A program made the position numbers and the translations under genes. Shown here one piece after another: positions 16,320-27,000 of a DNA stretch of 34,622 nucleotides (its first letter is position 1; each line of letters begins with the position of its first letter). Below the pieces are notes generated by a model. The model was not told where the DNA came from. It did not search any database and was given only the letters and a program-made list of their open reading frames with translations. The stretch is from a virus (Duplodnaviria > Caudoviricetes), in the IMG/VR virus record IMGVR_UViG_3300014655_000006, positions 1 through 34,622 of that record. One strand, 5' to 3'.

Positions 16320-17717
16320 ATGGCAGCAGGAATGACCATCGCCGAGTTCTTCGCCAAGATAGGCATCAAGATTGAGGGCGGAGAGCAGATGAAGGCCCTG
16401 GAGAACAGCATGGTTGCTGTTGCCCAGACCACCGCCCAGATCGTGCAGAACATGCAGGGCATGGTCGGGGCGGTCAAGCAGATCCATGGTGTCAGCCAAC
16501 TCCCCCCCGCCGATGCCTCCAAGGAGAGGGAGCGTGCGGATAGGACATCGGACAAGGCGTCGGCTGCGGCCATGCTGTACATCTTCACGCAGGTGGCCTC
16601 GATGCTCAACCGTGTCGCCTCGGCCTTGGATTCCACGGCCTCAAAGGCTGTTGACTTCGCCCAGGACATGCGCACCAACCAGTACGCATTCGGGATAGAC
16701 TCCAAGACCCTTCAGACCTGGGACCAGCTGTCCGACCTGACCGGCCAGTCCCGTGAGGGGCTGCGTTCGTTCGCCGTGTCAGCGCTGGATATGAGGGCCA
16801 AGCTCCTGCGCAACGAGATGAACCCGCACCAGATGAGCATCATGAGGATGCTGGGTCTGGATCCGTTCCAGTCTCCCCAGACGCAGCTCGAGGTGATCAT
16901 GAAGGCCCTGCATGGGCTCACGGGGGACGCCCTGAACTTCAGGCGCTCCATGCTCAACGCCGTGGGGGTGTCCAACGAGGCGGTGGCAACCATCGTGGAG
17001 ATGGACCGGCAGCGCATCAACATGTCCGAGCACGCCAACCGCATCCTCGGCAAGGAGGGTGTGGACTCGGCAGACAAGTTCCGTGTGAGCGTTCTGAACC
17101 TCTCCAACGCATGGGAGTCGTTCCGCCTGCGCATCGGTACTTCCATGGGTACGGCACTGAAGCCCTTGGCCGATGCTCTGGCCAAAATCCTGGACCACTG
17201 GACAGATGTGTGGAACTCCATGTCGGATGGTGAGAGGGCCGCCCTTGGAGTCAAGGCCGCCATAGTTGCCATAGCAGCTCCCCTTACCTCGGCCATCCTT
17301 TTGGTCTATGGACTTGCCAAGGCGTGGCGCAGTGTTACTGCAGCCAAGGTGGAGTCCGAGGTGGCCGGCGCTGCCGGCGCTGCGGGAGCCGGAGGCAAGC
17401 TGCTTGGGGGTCTCGGGAAACTCCTGAGCGGGGCGTCTATTGCCCTTATGTTCCAGGACGTTGTATCCAACGATCCCAAGTACAAGGAGATCATGGCCAA
17501 CATGCGTGACCACGCCAAGGAAATAGAGGGGGGGAACCTATGGGAGAGGTTGACCTACACTATACCCAAGCGCCAATCTGGCGACACCAAGACCACCACC
17601 GTGACCGTGCACAACCACATCTCCTCCACCGACCCCAAGGGGGCGGCTGATGAGGTGGCCAAGAAGATCAGCATGACCTTCCGTGAACTAGGCAACAACA
17701 ACTTCCAGATCGCATGA
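16320..17717 (+). CDS. tape measure protein (short, 465 aa)
   Basis: Helical Ala-rich protein, IAEFFAKIGIKI N-terminus, hydrophobic segment and C-terminal TVTVHNHI; synteny. Confidence 0.8.
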   Translation: MAAGMTIAEFFAKIGIKIEGGEQMKALENSMVAVAQTTAQIVQNMQGMVGAVKQIHGVSQLPPADASKERERADRTSDKASAAAMLYIFTQVASMLNRVASALDSTASKAVDFAQDMRTNQYAFGIDSKTLQTWDQLSDLTGQSREGLRSFAVSALDMRAKLLRNEMNPHQMSIMRMLGLDPFQSPQTQLEVIMKALHGLTGDALNFRRSMLNAVGVSNEAVATIVEMDRQRINMSEHANRILGKEGVDSADKFRVSVLNLSNAWESFRLRIGTSMGTALKPLADALAKILDHWTDVWNSMSDGERAALGVKAAIVAIAAPLTSAILLVYGLAKAWRSVTAAKVESEVAGAAGAAGAGGKLLGGLGKLLSGASIALMFQDVVSNDPKYKEIMANMRDHAKEIEGGNLWERLTYTIPKRQSGDTKTTTVTVHNHISSTDPKGAADEVAKKISMTFRELGNNNFQIA

Positions 17718-18910
17718 GCCCAGCATCCTCCCTCCAGCCCAACATCCTCGATCCGGCCGTCAGCACCTGGGCGACCAAGCTGGTCAACCTTGGCTACGGC
17801 AGCTCGCAGATGCAGGCCATCGCCCGCCCCTCCTCTCCCATCAACGGCTGGGGTGGGTTCGGCCTGGACATCTCCGAGGATACATCGGTCAGCATGACCG
17901 CCACCATCACGGACCATGTGCTGGGCGACGGCACGTCGGTACACGACCACATCGTGCGCGGGCCCATCCACATCCATTGCACTGGCAAGCAGGCGGAGCT
18001 GGTGTTCTTTCAGCAGCCCATCACCAAGCCCCTGATCAAGATTTCTCCGGCCATACCAGGAACCGGCCTGGCCCTCTCCCCGCAGGGGGCGAGCACGAAC
18101 TACGCATCCATAGCCAGGAAGATAGTGGCCTTGGCGGGGGCATCCGGGATAGTACCGCCCCGTCTTATCACTGGGTTCACGAACACCAGCAACCTCCTTA
18201 CCCTGGTGGGAGGGGCAGTGGGGGGCACTGTCACCACCACCCAGCTTTTTCTGGCTGCTGGAAATGCCGTAGGGGCTGGGGCTGTCAGTGCGCTCGGCGT
18301 CAAGCTGGCCATGGCTGCCGGCTACCTTCCCGCCATCAAGCTGCCTGGGTCTCCCACCGCATCGTCCAGCCCCCTTGTTCAGGGGAACTCATCCGACTCC
18401 TCCTCCCCCACCCAAGCCCAGCCTGCTCCAGTTCCTTCCCTGTACCAGGACTTCCTGAACACCGGCTACGATGACAGGGTGGTTGCCACGGATGGATCGG
18501 GCGTCACCTCTGGGGTGACCCGACAGAACAGCTCCTTCCAGTACATGTTCAACCTCTTCTGCGCAGGCATGGTCTTCTCCGTGGAGACCCCGTGGGGGAT
18601 GTTCTGCAACATGGTGATTGAGAAGTGCGACCCCAAGCAGGGCAGGGACTCCAACGGCTACACCGACTACGATGTGGTGTTCAAGCAGATCACCTTCGCC
18701 TCCGGCATCTCCACGACCGAGCTGGGCGTGCAGTTCGGCGGCGCCCTTGCCCCCATCCCCAATGCCATTCCCATAAGCCCCACTGACTGGCAGAACGGTA
18801 CATGGGTGAACGGCAACCCCGTTAACCAGACGCCCGTGTCCTCTGATATCAGCACCCTGGTGGCGCCGGCCCTGGCCGTCAACTCACCGTTCCTTCCCCC
18901 CACCCAGTAA
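17714..18910 (+). CDS. baseplate/tube initiator (Dit-like) protein
   Basis: ITDHVLGDGTSVHDHI..GP and FSVETPWGMFCNMVIE...VVFKQI motifs; follows the tape measure. Confidence 0.75.
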   Translation: MSPASSLQPNILDPAVSTWATKLVNLGYGSSQMQAIARPSSPINGWGGFGLDISEDTSVSMTATITDHVLGDGTSVHDHIVRGPIHIHCTGKQAELVFFQQPITKPLIKISPAIPGTGLALSPQGASTNYASIARKIVALAGASGIVPPRLITGFTNTSNLLTLVGGAVGGTVTTTQLFLAAGNAVGAGAVSALGVKLAMAAGYLPAIKLPGSPTASSSPLVQGNSSDSSSPTQAQPAPVPSLYQDFLNTGYDDRVVATDGSGVTSGVTRQNSSFQYMFNLFCAGMVFSVETPWGMFCNMVIEKCDPKQGRDSNGYTDYDVVFKQITFASGISTTELGVQFGGALAPIPNAIPISPTDWQNGTWVNGNPVNQTPVSSDISTLVAPALAVNSPFLPPTQ

Positions 18911-18911
18911 C

Positions 18912-19262
18912 ATGCTCCTCCTAACAGGCATCTCCGACAGCACCCCACGGTCCCTGCAGATCAAGATCAGCGGGCAGCCTGACGCTGTCATGACGATGAG
19001 GTTCTATCCGACTCAGAACCAGTGGTACTTCGACATCGTCTGGGGCAGCACGTTCACCTGCTACGGTATGGTGCTGGTGTACAGCATCAACCTTCTTGGG
19101 CCTTGGGAGAACATCCTTCCCTTTGGCATCGCCTGCCTGACCTCCGATGGCAGCGACCCTGTGGGTCAGGAGGCCTTCACCTCCTCCGGCAACGCCAGCC
19201 TGTACCTTCTCAGCTCAACCGACATCACCACCAACAACGCCGCCCTGCTGCCGGGCAACTGA
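18912..19262 (+). CDS. small baseplate protein
   Basis: MRFYPTQNQWYFDI and NLLGPWENILPFGIAC pattern; synteny before the hub. Confidence 0.7.
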   Translation: MLLLTGISDSTPRSLQIKISGQPDAVMTMRFYPTQNQWYFDIVWGSTFTCYGMVLVYSINLLGPWENILPFGIACLTSDGSDPVGQEAFTSSGNASLYLLSSTDITTNNAALLPGN

Positions 19263-19264
19263 CC

Positions 19265-20326
19265 ATGGCCATCAAGTTCATCCGCCAGTACAGGATGGAG
19301 ATACAGCAGTCAGCCAAGGTCAAGCCTGCCTCCTCCGCCGCAGCGGCGGCGACGTTCAACCAGCCCAATACGCTCATTGAGTTCGTCAACCTGGGCACCC
19401 TGACGAGCCCCAGCCCCCTCACGGTGGAGTTCGACATCGAGAAGTCGGCCATCTCAGAGGGAGGCAAGGCCACCTTCCGGCTGTACAACCTGCCCGACTC
19501 CGTTGCCGACTCCATCGTCAAGGATTGGTTCGATGGCATGGACATCCGCAGCATCAGCTTCTACGCCGGCTATCGCAGCCCCACCGGCAACCTGATGAGC
19601 CTTGGCCCCAACTCCCTGATCTTCCAGGGCCAGCTCATGACCGTGCACTACAGCCAGGCCTCGGGTTCCCCCGACAAGATCACGACCATCACGGCCATAG
19701 ACGCGCTGTGGGACAGGGCCTTTGCCATGTGCGTGGACACCTCGGGCAACGCCCTGCAGACCTTCACGTCGGCCACGAGCGCAGCCGACAAGGTCAAGGC
19801 GCTGGTGAACTGCATGCCCTTCGTCTCCCACCAGCCGGTCATCTCCACCGTCTACTCCTCCGTCTTCTCCTCCAAGCCCCAGAGCTTCTCCGGCTCCGCA
19901 TGGAGCGCCATCTGCGACCTCACCGAGGGCAGGGCTTTCATCGACAACGGGGTGGTGTACTGGCTGGACGACCAGGACTATTACAGCCACGCCACGGCCA
20001 GCGGCCCTGCCCCGTCGGACGGCATCTACGACGCCATCCTCATGGGGGACCGTGACATCCTTGGCAAGCCCCGCCGCAGCGGAACCCTGCTCGAGGTGGA
20101 CATGATCTTCTCTCCCGAGGTGCACAACGGACAGCTGGTGCAGATCAAGCTCTCCGACAAGAACTCCCCTTACAACGGCATCTGGAAGGTGTACCAGGTC
20201 TTCCACAGGGGCATGATCTCCTCCACGGTTGACACGGGATGCCGCACCACTGTTGCCCTGTGGAAGGGTCCTGGGGTAGATCCAAGCCTCTCCTCCAACT
20301 GGCAGCCTGTCTCCCAGTCCTCATGA
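19265..20326 (+). CDS. baseplate hub protein
   Basis: KFIRQY, VEFDIEK, FRLYNL, FYAGY, LIFQGQ, NGIWKVYQVFHRG motifs; start moved to ATG 19265. Confidence 0.8.
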   Translation: MAIKFIRQYRMEIQQSAKVKPASSAAAAATFNQPNTLIEFVNLGTLTSPSPLTVEFDIEKSAISEGGKATFRLYNLPDSVADSIVKDWFDGMDIRSISFYAGYRSPTGNLMSLGPNSLIFQGQLMTVHYSQASGSPDKITTITAIDALWDRAFAMCVDTSGNALQTFTSATSAADKVKALVNCMPFVSHQPVISTVYSSVFSSKPQSFSGSAWSAICDLTEGRAFIDNGVVYWLDDQDYYSHATASGPAPSDGIYDAILMGDRDILGKPRRSGTLLEVDMIFSPEVHNGQLVQIKLSDKNSPYNGIWKVYQVFHRGMISSTVDTGCRTTVALWKGPGVDPSLSSNWQPVSQSS

Positions 20327-20916
20327 CCTCCCTTCCCAAGAGCAACATCCCCAGTCCAGGCCTGACGGCACTGATGACCAACCTGTCCCGCAAGACAAAG
20401 CTGGAGCTGAACTGCATCCAGGTGGGTAGCATCCAGACCTTCTATCCCGCCACCTGCACGGCCGACGTGCAGATCTCCATGCAGTACCTCTCGGTGCAGC
20501 CTGACGGCAACGGAGGGGAGCGCCTGCAGCCGGTCAACTATCCCCTGATCCAGCAGGTGCCCGTGCAGGTGATGACGGGAGGGTCAGACCTCATCACGAT
20601 GCCCATCCAGTCTGGTGACGGGTGCATCATCCTCTTCAACGACAGGGACCTGAGCAACTGGCAGGCTGGCATCATCGGCCGGCCTCCCGCCTCCAAGCGG
20701 GTTCATGCCATCACGGATGCCATTGTCATCGTGGGACTGCACAACTCGGCCAGCCCCATCACGGGATATGAGATGAGGGGTCCGTGCATCTCCGCCCCAG
20801 GATCGTATGTCAAGGGCAACCTGAACGTATCCACCGGCGCCACCGACACCTTCGTATCCGCTGACGGGGCCACCGTGACGGTGGTGAACGGCATCGTGGT
20901 CAACATAGCGAGGTAA
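20323..20916 (+). CDS. baseplate central spike (Gp138/gpV-like)
   Basis: YPLIQQVPV...ITMPIQSGDGCIILFNDRDLSNW...RVHAITDAIVIVG OB-fold motif; ATGA overlap start at 20323. Confidence 0.85.
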   Translation: MTSLPKSNIPSPGLTALMTNLSRKTKLELNCIQVGSIQTFYPATCTADVQISMQYLSVQPDGNGGERLQPVNYPLIQQVPVQVMTGGSDLITMPIQSGDGCIILFNDRDLSNWQAGIIGRPPASKRVHAITDAIVIVGLHNSASPITGYEMRGPCISAPGSYVKGNLNVSTGATDTFVSADGATVTVVNGIVVNIAR

Positions 20917-20919
20917 TTT

Positions 20920-21267
20920 ATGCCAGCCATCAACACCCAGTACATCACCAACCTGACAGCCCAGATCAACTCCATCAACGACTGCGCCACCCTGCAGTTG
21001 ATGGTGACGCAGGTGGAGGCTGAGATGACGGCGCAGCTGGCGGCGGCCGAGAGGCAGATAGCCGCCCTGCTTCCCCTCACCACGATACCCACCAACCTGT
21101 CCCAGTGCATCTCCTTCATCACCTCCCAGGTGGCCTTCTATGAGGCACAGTATGCACAAGCCATTGCTGCAGAAGCAGCTCTGGTCGCCGCATACGCCGG
21201 ACTCATCTCCGCCATCACGAGCAAGATCAGCACCCTTGGGTGCTCCATCACCCCTCCAACCCCTTAA
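20920..21267 (+). CDS. helical hypothetical baseplate-region protein
   Basis: 115 aa, Ala/Ile/Gln-rich, between spike and wedge genes. Confidence 0.75.
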   Translation: MPAINTQYITNLTAQINSINDCATLQLMVTQVEAEMTAQLAAAERQIAALLPLTTIPTNLSQCISFITSQVAFYEAQYAQAIAAEAALVAAYAGLISAITSKISTLGCSITPPTP

Positions 21268-21278
21268 CCGATAATATA
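21268..21278 (+). promoter_or_regulatory. putative late promoter CCGATAATATA
   Basis: Exact motif; ATG at +14 (21282). Confidence 0.8.
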
Positions 21279-21281
21279 GGT

Positions 21282-21713
21282 ATGGCAGAGAACATGATCA
21301 TCAGGGCACTCGTCCCGCGCTGGCTCCCCAACGCGGGGGACTGGACGTTCGGCCAGGGCATGTCCAACTTCCTGACGGGCGATGCGGCCGTGGCCGAGGC
21401 CATACAGGTGGCGCTGCAGATCTTCCGTGGGGAGGTCTTCTGGTACACCAACTACGGGGTGGACTGGAACAACATCCTTGGGGCGGTTGGCGCCCAGCGT
21501 GTGATGAACATCCTTGTCGTGCAGGCGCGCGAGGTGATACTGGGTGTTCAGGGCGTGGTGTCCGTCAACAACCTGTACGCCGAGGTGGACCCCATCACCC
21601 GCCAGGTCACCCTCCAGTACACCGTCACCACTGAGAACGGGGGCGTCGTCAACTTCACCAGCGCCCCGGACGGCCTGGTGCTGCCCGTGTACTCCAACCC
21701 CATCCCACTATGA
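21282..21713 (+). CDS. baseplate wedge/sheath initiator (gp25/gpW-like)
   Basis: GDWTFGQG..NFL, LQIFRGEVFW...GVDW..ILG, ILGVQGV motifs; start moved to ATG 21282. Confidence 0.8.
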   Translation: MAENMIIRALVPRWLPNAGDWTFGQGMSNFLTGDAAVAEAIQVALQIFRGEVFWYTNYGVDWNNILGAVGAQRVMNILVVQAREVILGVQGVVSVNNLYAEVDPITRQVTLQYTVTTENGGVVNFTSAPDGLVLPVYSNPIPL

Positions 21714-22993
21714 GCCTCTCCGTATCCCAAGTAACCTCACAGGGCCTGACCCTGCAGACGCTTCCCGACCTGTTCACCCAGATGGCCCAGGGCCTCATGA
21801 CCACGTACGGACCCAACATCGACCTGAACCCTGAGTCCCCTGACGCCAACCTGATCAACATCTTCTGCCAGGGCCAGATCAACATGCTGCAGTTCGGGCA
21901 GCAGGTGTACAACTCGTACGACCCTGACCAGGCACAGGGCATCGCCCTTGACCTGCGCTGCGCCATCAACAACGTCAAGCGCCGCGCCGGCACCTACACC
22001 CAGCAGGCCATCACCATCACGACCAACCTTCCCACCTCCGTCGTGGGAACGCTGGTGGGGCTGGACACCTCCACCAACCCGTTCACGGTGTCGGACAACA
22101 ACGGCGTCCAGTACGAGCTCCTCGTGGGGACCACCTTCGACGGCACCGGTACGTTCACCCTCGCCTTCCAGGCCTCCAACTCCGGCCCCGTGCAGAGCGC
22201 CCTCAACACCATACAGTTCATAGTCGGCTCGGTCAACGGCGTGGCCTCTGTCACGAACGGGGAGGCTCCCACCTTCCTTGGCACGGCGCAGGAGACGGAC
22301 GCGCAGCTGCGCCTCCGCCGCCAGCAGAGCGTCGCCCTGCCCAGCAAGAGCTGGTATCAGGGCCTGTACGCAGCCATCACCCAGGTGGCGTCCAACATCG
22401 ACGCGATCGTGTACGAGAACCAGGGGGCCGTCACGGACTCCAACGGGGTCCCGGGCCACTCCATCTGGGTCATCATCGACGACAACCAGCTGCTCCCCGG
22501 CCCTCCCACCCCTCCCAACCAGGGGCCTGTGTCCAACGAGTACGCCAAGATCATCTACATCCACAAGGGCGCCGGATGCGGGCAGAAGGTCAACACCACG
22601 AACGGCTTCGCCCTTCCGGTGGAGACTCCCGATGGCAGCCTCTACACGATCTACTTCGACATCCCCATCCTTACGCAGTTGTACGTATCGGTCACCGCAA
22701 CCACCCTTCCTGGAGGTCCGGCCGTCGATGCGGGCGCCATGCGCCAGGACATCTACGACCACTTCTCCTCGGGCGCTGATGAGTACACCATCGCCACGCC
22801 GGCCGACTTCTCCGCCATCGTGGCCTACCTCAAGGACAACTATCCTGGCATCTCCTTCGGCGGTCCTGGGGTGAGCCTCACCTCCGGCTCGGGCTACGCC
22901 AACCTGCTCCTCTCGGCAGCCAACTCCAAGTTCGTCCTCGGCACCAACCCCTCCCCTGGGGTGGCGGCGAACATCCTCATCAACGGCACCTAA
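21710..22993 (+). CDS. baseplate J/gp47-like wedge protein
   Basis: YDPDQAQGIALD, ETDAQLRLRR, YEN....TDSNGVPGHSIWV motifs. Confidence 0.9.
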   Translation: MSLSVSQVTSQGLTLQTLPDLFTQMAQGLMTTYGPNIDLNPESPDANLINIFCQGQINMLQFGQQVYNSYDPDQAQGIALDLRCAINNVKRRAGTYTQQAITITTNLPTSVVGTLVGLDTSTNPFTVSDNNGVQYELLVGTTFDGTGTFTLAFQASNSGPVQSALNTIQFIVGSVNGVASVTNGEAPTFLGTAQETDAQLRLRRQQSVALPSKSWYQGLYAAITQVASNIDAIVYENQGAVTDSNGVPGHSIWVIIDDNQLLPGPPTPPNQGPVSNEYAKIIYIHKGAGCGQKVNTTNGFALPVETPDGSLYTIYFDIPILTQLYVSVTATTLPGGPAVDAGAMRQDIYDHFSSGADEYTIATPADFSAIVAYLKDNYPGISFGGPGVSLTSGSGYANLLLSAANSKFVLGTNPSPGVAANILINGT

Positions 22994-22997
22994 GGCC

Positions 22998-24032
22998 ATG
23001 GACCAACAGAACCTGCTAACCCTGCAGCAGAACCTGCTCAACCTGCTGCCCATCGTCTACCGCAACCAGCCCAACGCCATAGCCACCACGACGCTTGTGG
23101 CCAACGCGGCCCTGTGTCCTGTCACGGCGGCGCCGGACATGGCCGCCTCGGCGATGGTCGTGGGTCAGGTGTACACCATCACCAGCCAGGGAACGTACCC
23201 CTTCTTCACGGCAGCGGGGGCGCCGGACAACAACGTGGGCACCACCTTCACCTGCACGGGAGGGGTTGGAACCTCCGGCACGGGCACGGTCGCACAGTAC
23301 CAGTTCAACGGGCAGCTGCTCCTGGACCAGATCAGGCAGGCGTACAACTGGAACGTGGACATAGCCGGCCCCAACTGCACGGGGGTCAACCTCGATGTCG
23401 TCGGCAAGTACATCGGCCTGGCCAGGGACATCTACCCTGTCATCTCCGCCACCCCGCTCTTCCAGTTCGGCGACTACAACGACCCAGCTCCCCCTGGAGC
23501 CACGGGTGCTGGCATACCCGTGACCCCCAACAACGGCAGCGCCATTGACTTCCCCGACGGGATGACCGACTACAACGGCTCGGGGGTGCCCTCCACCTTC
23601 GCCTCGTACGTCAACCAGGGGGCCTCGGTCACGACCCTGGACGACCAGTCGTACGCCCTGCTCATGCTGATCAAGGCCTACACCAACACCATGAGCGGCT
23701 CCCTGTACGAGATACAGGACTTCCTCGAGAACGGCCTGGCGGGCACCCCCCTTGCCGGCATGATCACGGTCACCGACACGCAGGGCGATGCCGTACCTGG
23801 GCCTGTCATGGAGCTTACATACTACGTGAACGCCGCCTTCCTCCTCCAGAACTCACAGGGCACCGGTACAACCGCCTCGACGCAGGCCATTCTGGCGCAG
23901 TACCTTCCACGTCCCCTTGGCGTTGGCATCACCATCACCGCCTCAGACTACCCTGGCGAGCGCGTCCTCATGGACGATGTCAGCCCCCGTGTCCTCGGTG
24001 ACGGCACCTCCTTCCGCGTCATCGGCGGATAA
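22998..24032 (+). CDS. baseplate wedge protein (DUF2612/gpI-like)
   Basis: GVNLDVVGKYIGLAR, LDDQSYALLMLIKA, LPRPLGVGI motifs; follows baseplate J. Confidence 0.85.
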   Translation: MDQQNLLTLQQNLLNLLPIVYRNQPNAIATTTLVANAALCPVTAAPDMAASAMVVGQVYTITSQGTYPFFTAAGAPDNNVGTTFTCTGGVGTSGTGTVAQYQFNGQLLLDQIRQAYNWNVDIAGPNCTGVNLDVVGKYIGLARDIYPVISATPLFQFGDYNDPAPPGATGAGIPVTPNNGSAIDFPDGMTDYNGSGVPSTFASYVNQGASVTTLDDQSYALLMLIKAYTNTMSGSLYEIQDFLENGLAGTPLAGMITVTDTQGDAVPGPVMELTYYVNAAFLLQNSQGTGTTASTQAILAQYLPRPLGVGITITASDYPGERVLMDDVSPRVLGDGTSFRVIGG

Positions 24033-24045
24033 TTCGGCCTCGCAG

Positions 24046-24056
24046 CCGATAATATA
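24046..24056 (+). promoter_or_regulatory. putative late promoter CCGATAATATA
   Basis: GCCGATAATATA; ATG at +14 (24060). Confidence 0.8.
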
Positions 24057-24059
24057 GAT

Positions 24060-27000
24060 ATGTCGCTGTACCCCATTCCGAACATCCCCAACACCCGTCT
24101 GCTGCCCCTGGGGGCGGACTACATGGAGATCGGTCAGTCCGGCGTGGCCGGCATCAGCGGGTCCTTCCGCATACTGGCCAACGAGTTCGTGGTGGCCGTG
24201 CAGAACATCGGGGTCCTTGAGAGCCTGCCCGTCACGGGCGTAACCGAGGGCACGCTCGTCCTCGCAGAGGGTGCGGTAAGCATGGGGGACGGCAACGGCG
24301 CCCTGTACTACTACAACCCGTACTCTTCGGCCACGCCCGATGGTGTCAACATCCTTGCCCCTGCAGTGGGATCGGGCCGCTGGCTTATCGTCAAGCTGCT
24401 CGCAAGCGGCGCCACGGGCCCAGTGGGTGCCACGGGCCCAACCGGAGTTCAGGGAGTCACTGGTGTACAGGGAGTTACGGGAGCCTCGGGCCCAAGCGGC
24501 CCAGCGGGCAGCACGGGCCCGGCGGGCAGCACGGGGGCCTCGGGCCCCAGCGGGCCGTCAGGTCCGTCGGGCGGCGTGGGCGCAGCCGGCTCAGCCACCT
24601 TCCTGCAGTCCAACTTCACTCCCCCCAACACCATCGGCGGCAGCGGTACAATGAACGTGTACAGCTCCTCCATCTTCGGGGTGGGGCAGGAGATCTTCGT
24701 CTTCAACTCGGGCTACTACACGGTCACCGCCGTCAGCTCGGGCTTCGTGACGGCCACCCAGCTCACCGTCGTCGCCACACCGTCCTACTGCCCAGCAGGA
24801 ACATCCGTGCTCGTGGCGGGATCGCAGGGACCCGTGGGAGCCCCAGGCACTGGCAACAACGGCTATGGCATCACGATGCCGTACACCTTCCCCCTCACCA
24901 CCACGATAGGCGGCACCAGCCCCATCTCCTTTGAGTCGGGTGGCGAGAACCTCTCCGTTGGCCAGTGGGTCTGGGTCCCAGGCTCGGGCTACTGGACGGT
25001 CATCAGCATCTTCGCAGGCATCTATACCCTCGAGCTCCAGTACACGGTCACGAGCCCCATCAGCACGCTGCCGGCCAACTCGATCATCAGCATCGCCGGC
25101 CCGCAGGGCATCCAGGGGATTTCCGGCCCGACGGGGGCCACCGGCCCGGCCGGAGTCAACGGGTTCTCCACCTCCACCGCCTCCTCGACTCCCCCCTCGA
25201 CCTCAGGAAACTCCTTCACGATCAGCGTCGACTCGTCCTCCCTGTTCAACCTGAACGAGACGGTCTACGTCCTCGGCAGCGGTTACTACCATGTGACCGG
25301 CATCGCCACTGGCTCCCTGACCCTGACGCTTGACCTTGCCCTCTACACGCCAAGCACCCTCCCCATCGGCACCACCGTCCAGTCCTGCGGACCGCAGGGC
25401 GTGACCGGAGTGACCGGCCCCTCGGGGGCAACCGGAGCGGCCTCGACCATCCCTGGTGCCACGGGCGCCACGGGCCCTAGCGGAGCCAACGGGCTGAACG
25501 GGTATGCATTCTTGACGAGCATTGTCAGTACGCCATCCACCATCGGTACAATCATCTCAGGGGTAACTGTAACCAATCTCGCCATCTTTCCGGTAGGCAC
25601 CACCGTCCTCCTCGGGGGCAGCGGCTACTACCTCGTCACCAGCAACAGCGGCGGCACCCTAAGCCTCCAGCTCCAGTACATCATCAGCTCTGGCCTGTTC
25701 ACCCCAGGCACGCTGATCATGGTGAGCGGACCCGTGGGAGTCACGGGCGCCTCGGGTGCCACGGGCGCCTCGGGGGCTGCGGGCAGCAACGGCAGCAACG
25801 GTGCCACGGGCGCCACGGGCCCGAGCGGAGTTGCGGGCGGAGTCGGTGCCACGGGCGCCACGGGGGCCACGGGCGCCTCGGGGGCTGGGGTTCTTGCAAC
25901 CCTTCCCAACCTGGCGGCCCTCCGTGCCCTCAGCGGCATGACGGACGGTCAGACCGCCATCACCCAGGGATACTCCCTGCACGATGACGGCGGCGGGTCC
26001 ACCTGGTACTACAAGGCCACGGACAACTACTCGCAGGACAACGGAGGCACCCTCATTGCCGGCAACACTCAGACGTGGTCCGACCTGGTCATCTGGACCG
26101 CAGGACAGGTCGTGGTGGTCAACAACGTCATCGCCGCCCAGTACTACAACATCGCCACCGGCGGCATCGTCACCGCACCCGGCACGTACCTCTGCGTCAC
26201 GACCCACAACCCAGGCACCTACGGCAACTCCTTCGCAGCGGCCCTCACGGCCGGCGTGTGGACCACCACCCAGGTCACCGGCTACTGGCACAAGGATGAT
26301 GTCGTCACCTCACAGAGCGCCGGCGCCGGAGTGGGGACCTACCCTCCCGCCAAGATGAACATCTTGTGGTTCGGGGCGAATAACAACACTGGAGGCCCCG
26401 CCTCGAGCGGATACCCCGACACCACTCCCGTCATGTACGATGCGTGGTTCGCATGCCACATCGCCAACGGATCCTTCGGGGGAGGCGCCATCTATGTCCC
26501 TGCAGGATCGTACAGGATGTGGACGCAGTTCCTGGTCACCGCACCCAACAACGACATCACCATCGTCGGCGACGGGTCGGCCGCATCCAACCTCATCTAC
26601 TGCTTCCAGGTGTCCGGACAGAACTCCCTCCTGAACCTGACCAGCTCCTTCACCATCGACATCCACAACGTCGGCATCACCGTAGCCAATGTCACCGGCA
26701 CTCTGGTGGGGTCCACCAACATCATCTCCGTCACCGCCCCCAATATCGTCATGGACGACGTGGTGGGATCGGGACTGGCAGGCAACTTCCTCAACGTCAA
26801 CGCAGGGGGAGGGCAGGGAGTCACCATATCGAACATCTTCACCGCCAACGGTGGAACAGGCGCCTACACGGACGGATCGCTTCCCGCCCCGCAGCTGTAC
26901 ATCCAGAACGCCGGCGGCACCATCATGAACGTCAACATGAACACGAGCAACTGCCCTGCGCTCGTGATCACCGGCTGCGATGCTCTCAAGATGAGCACCG

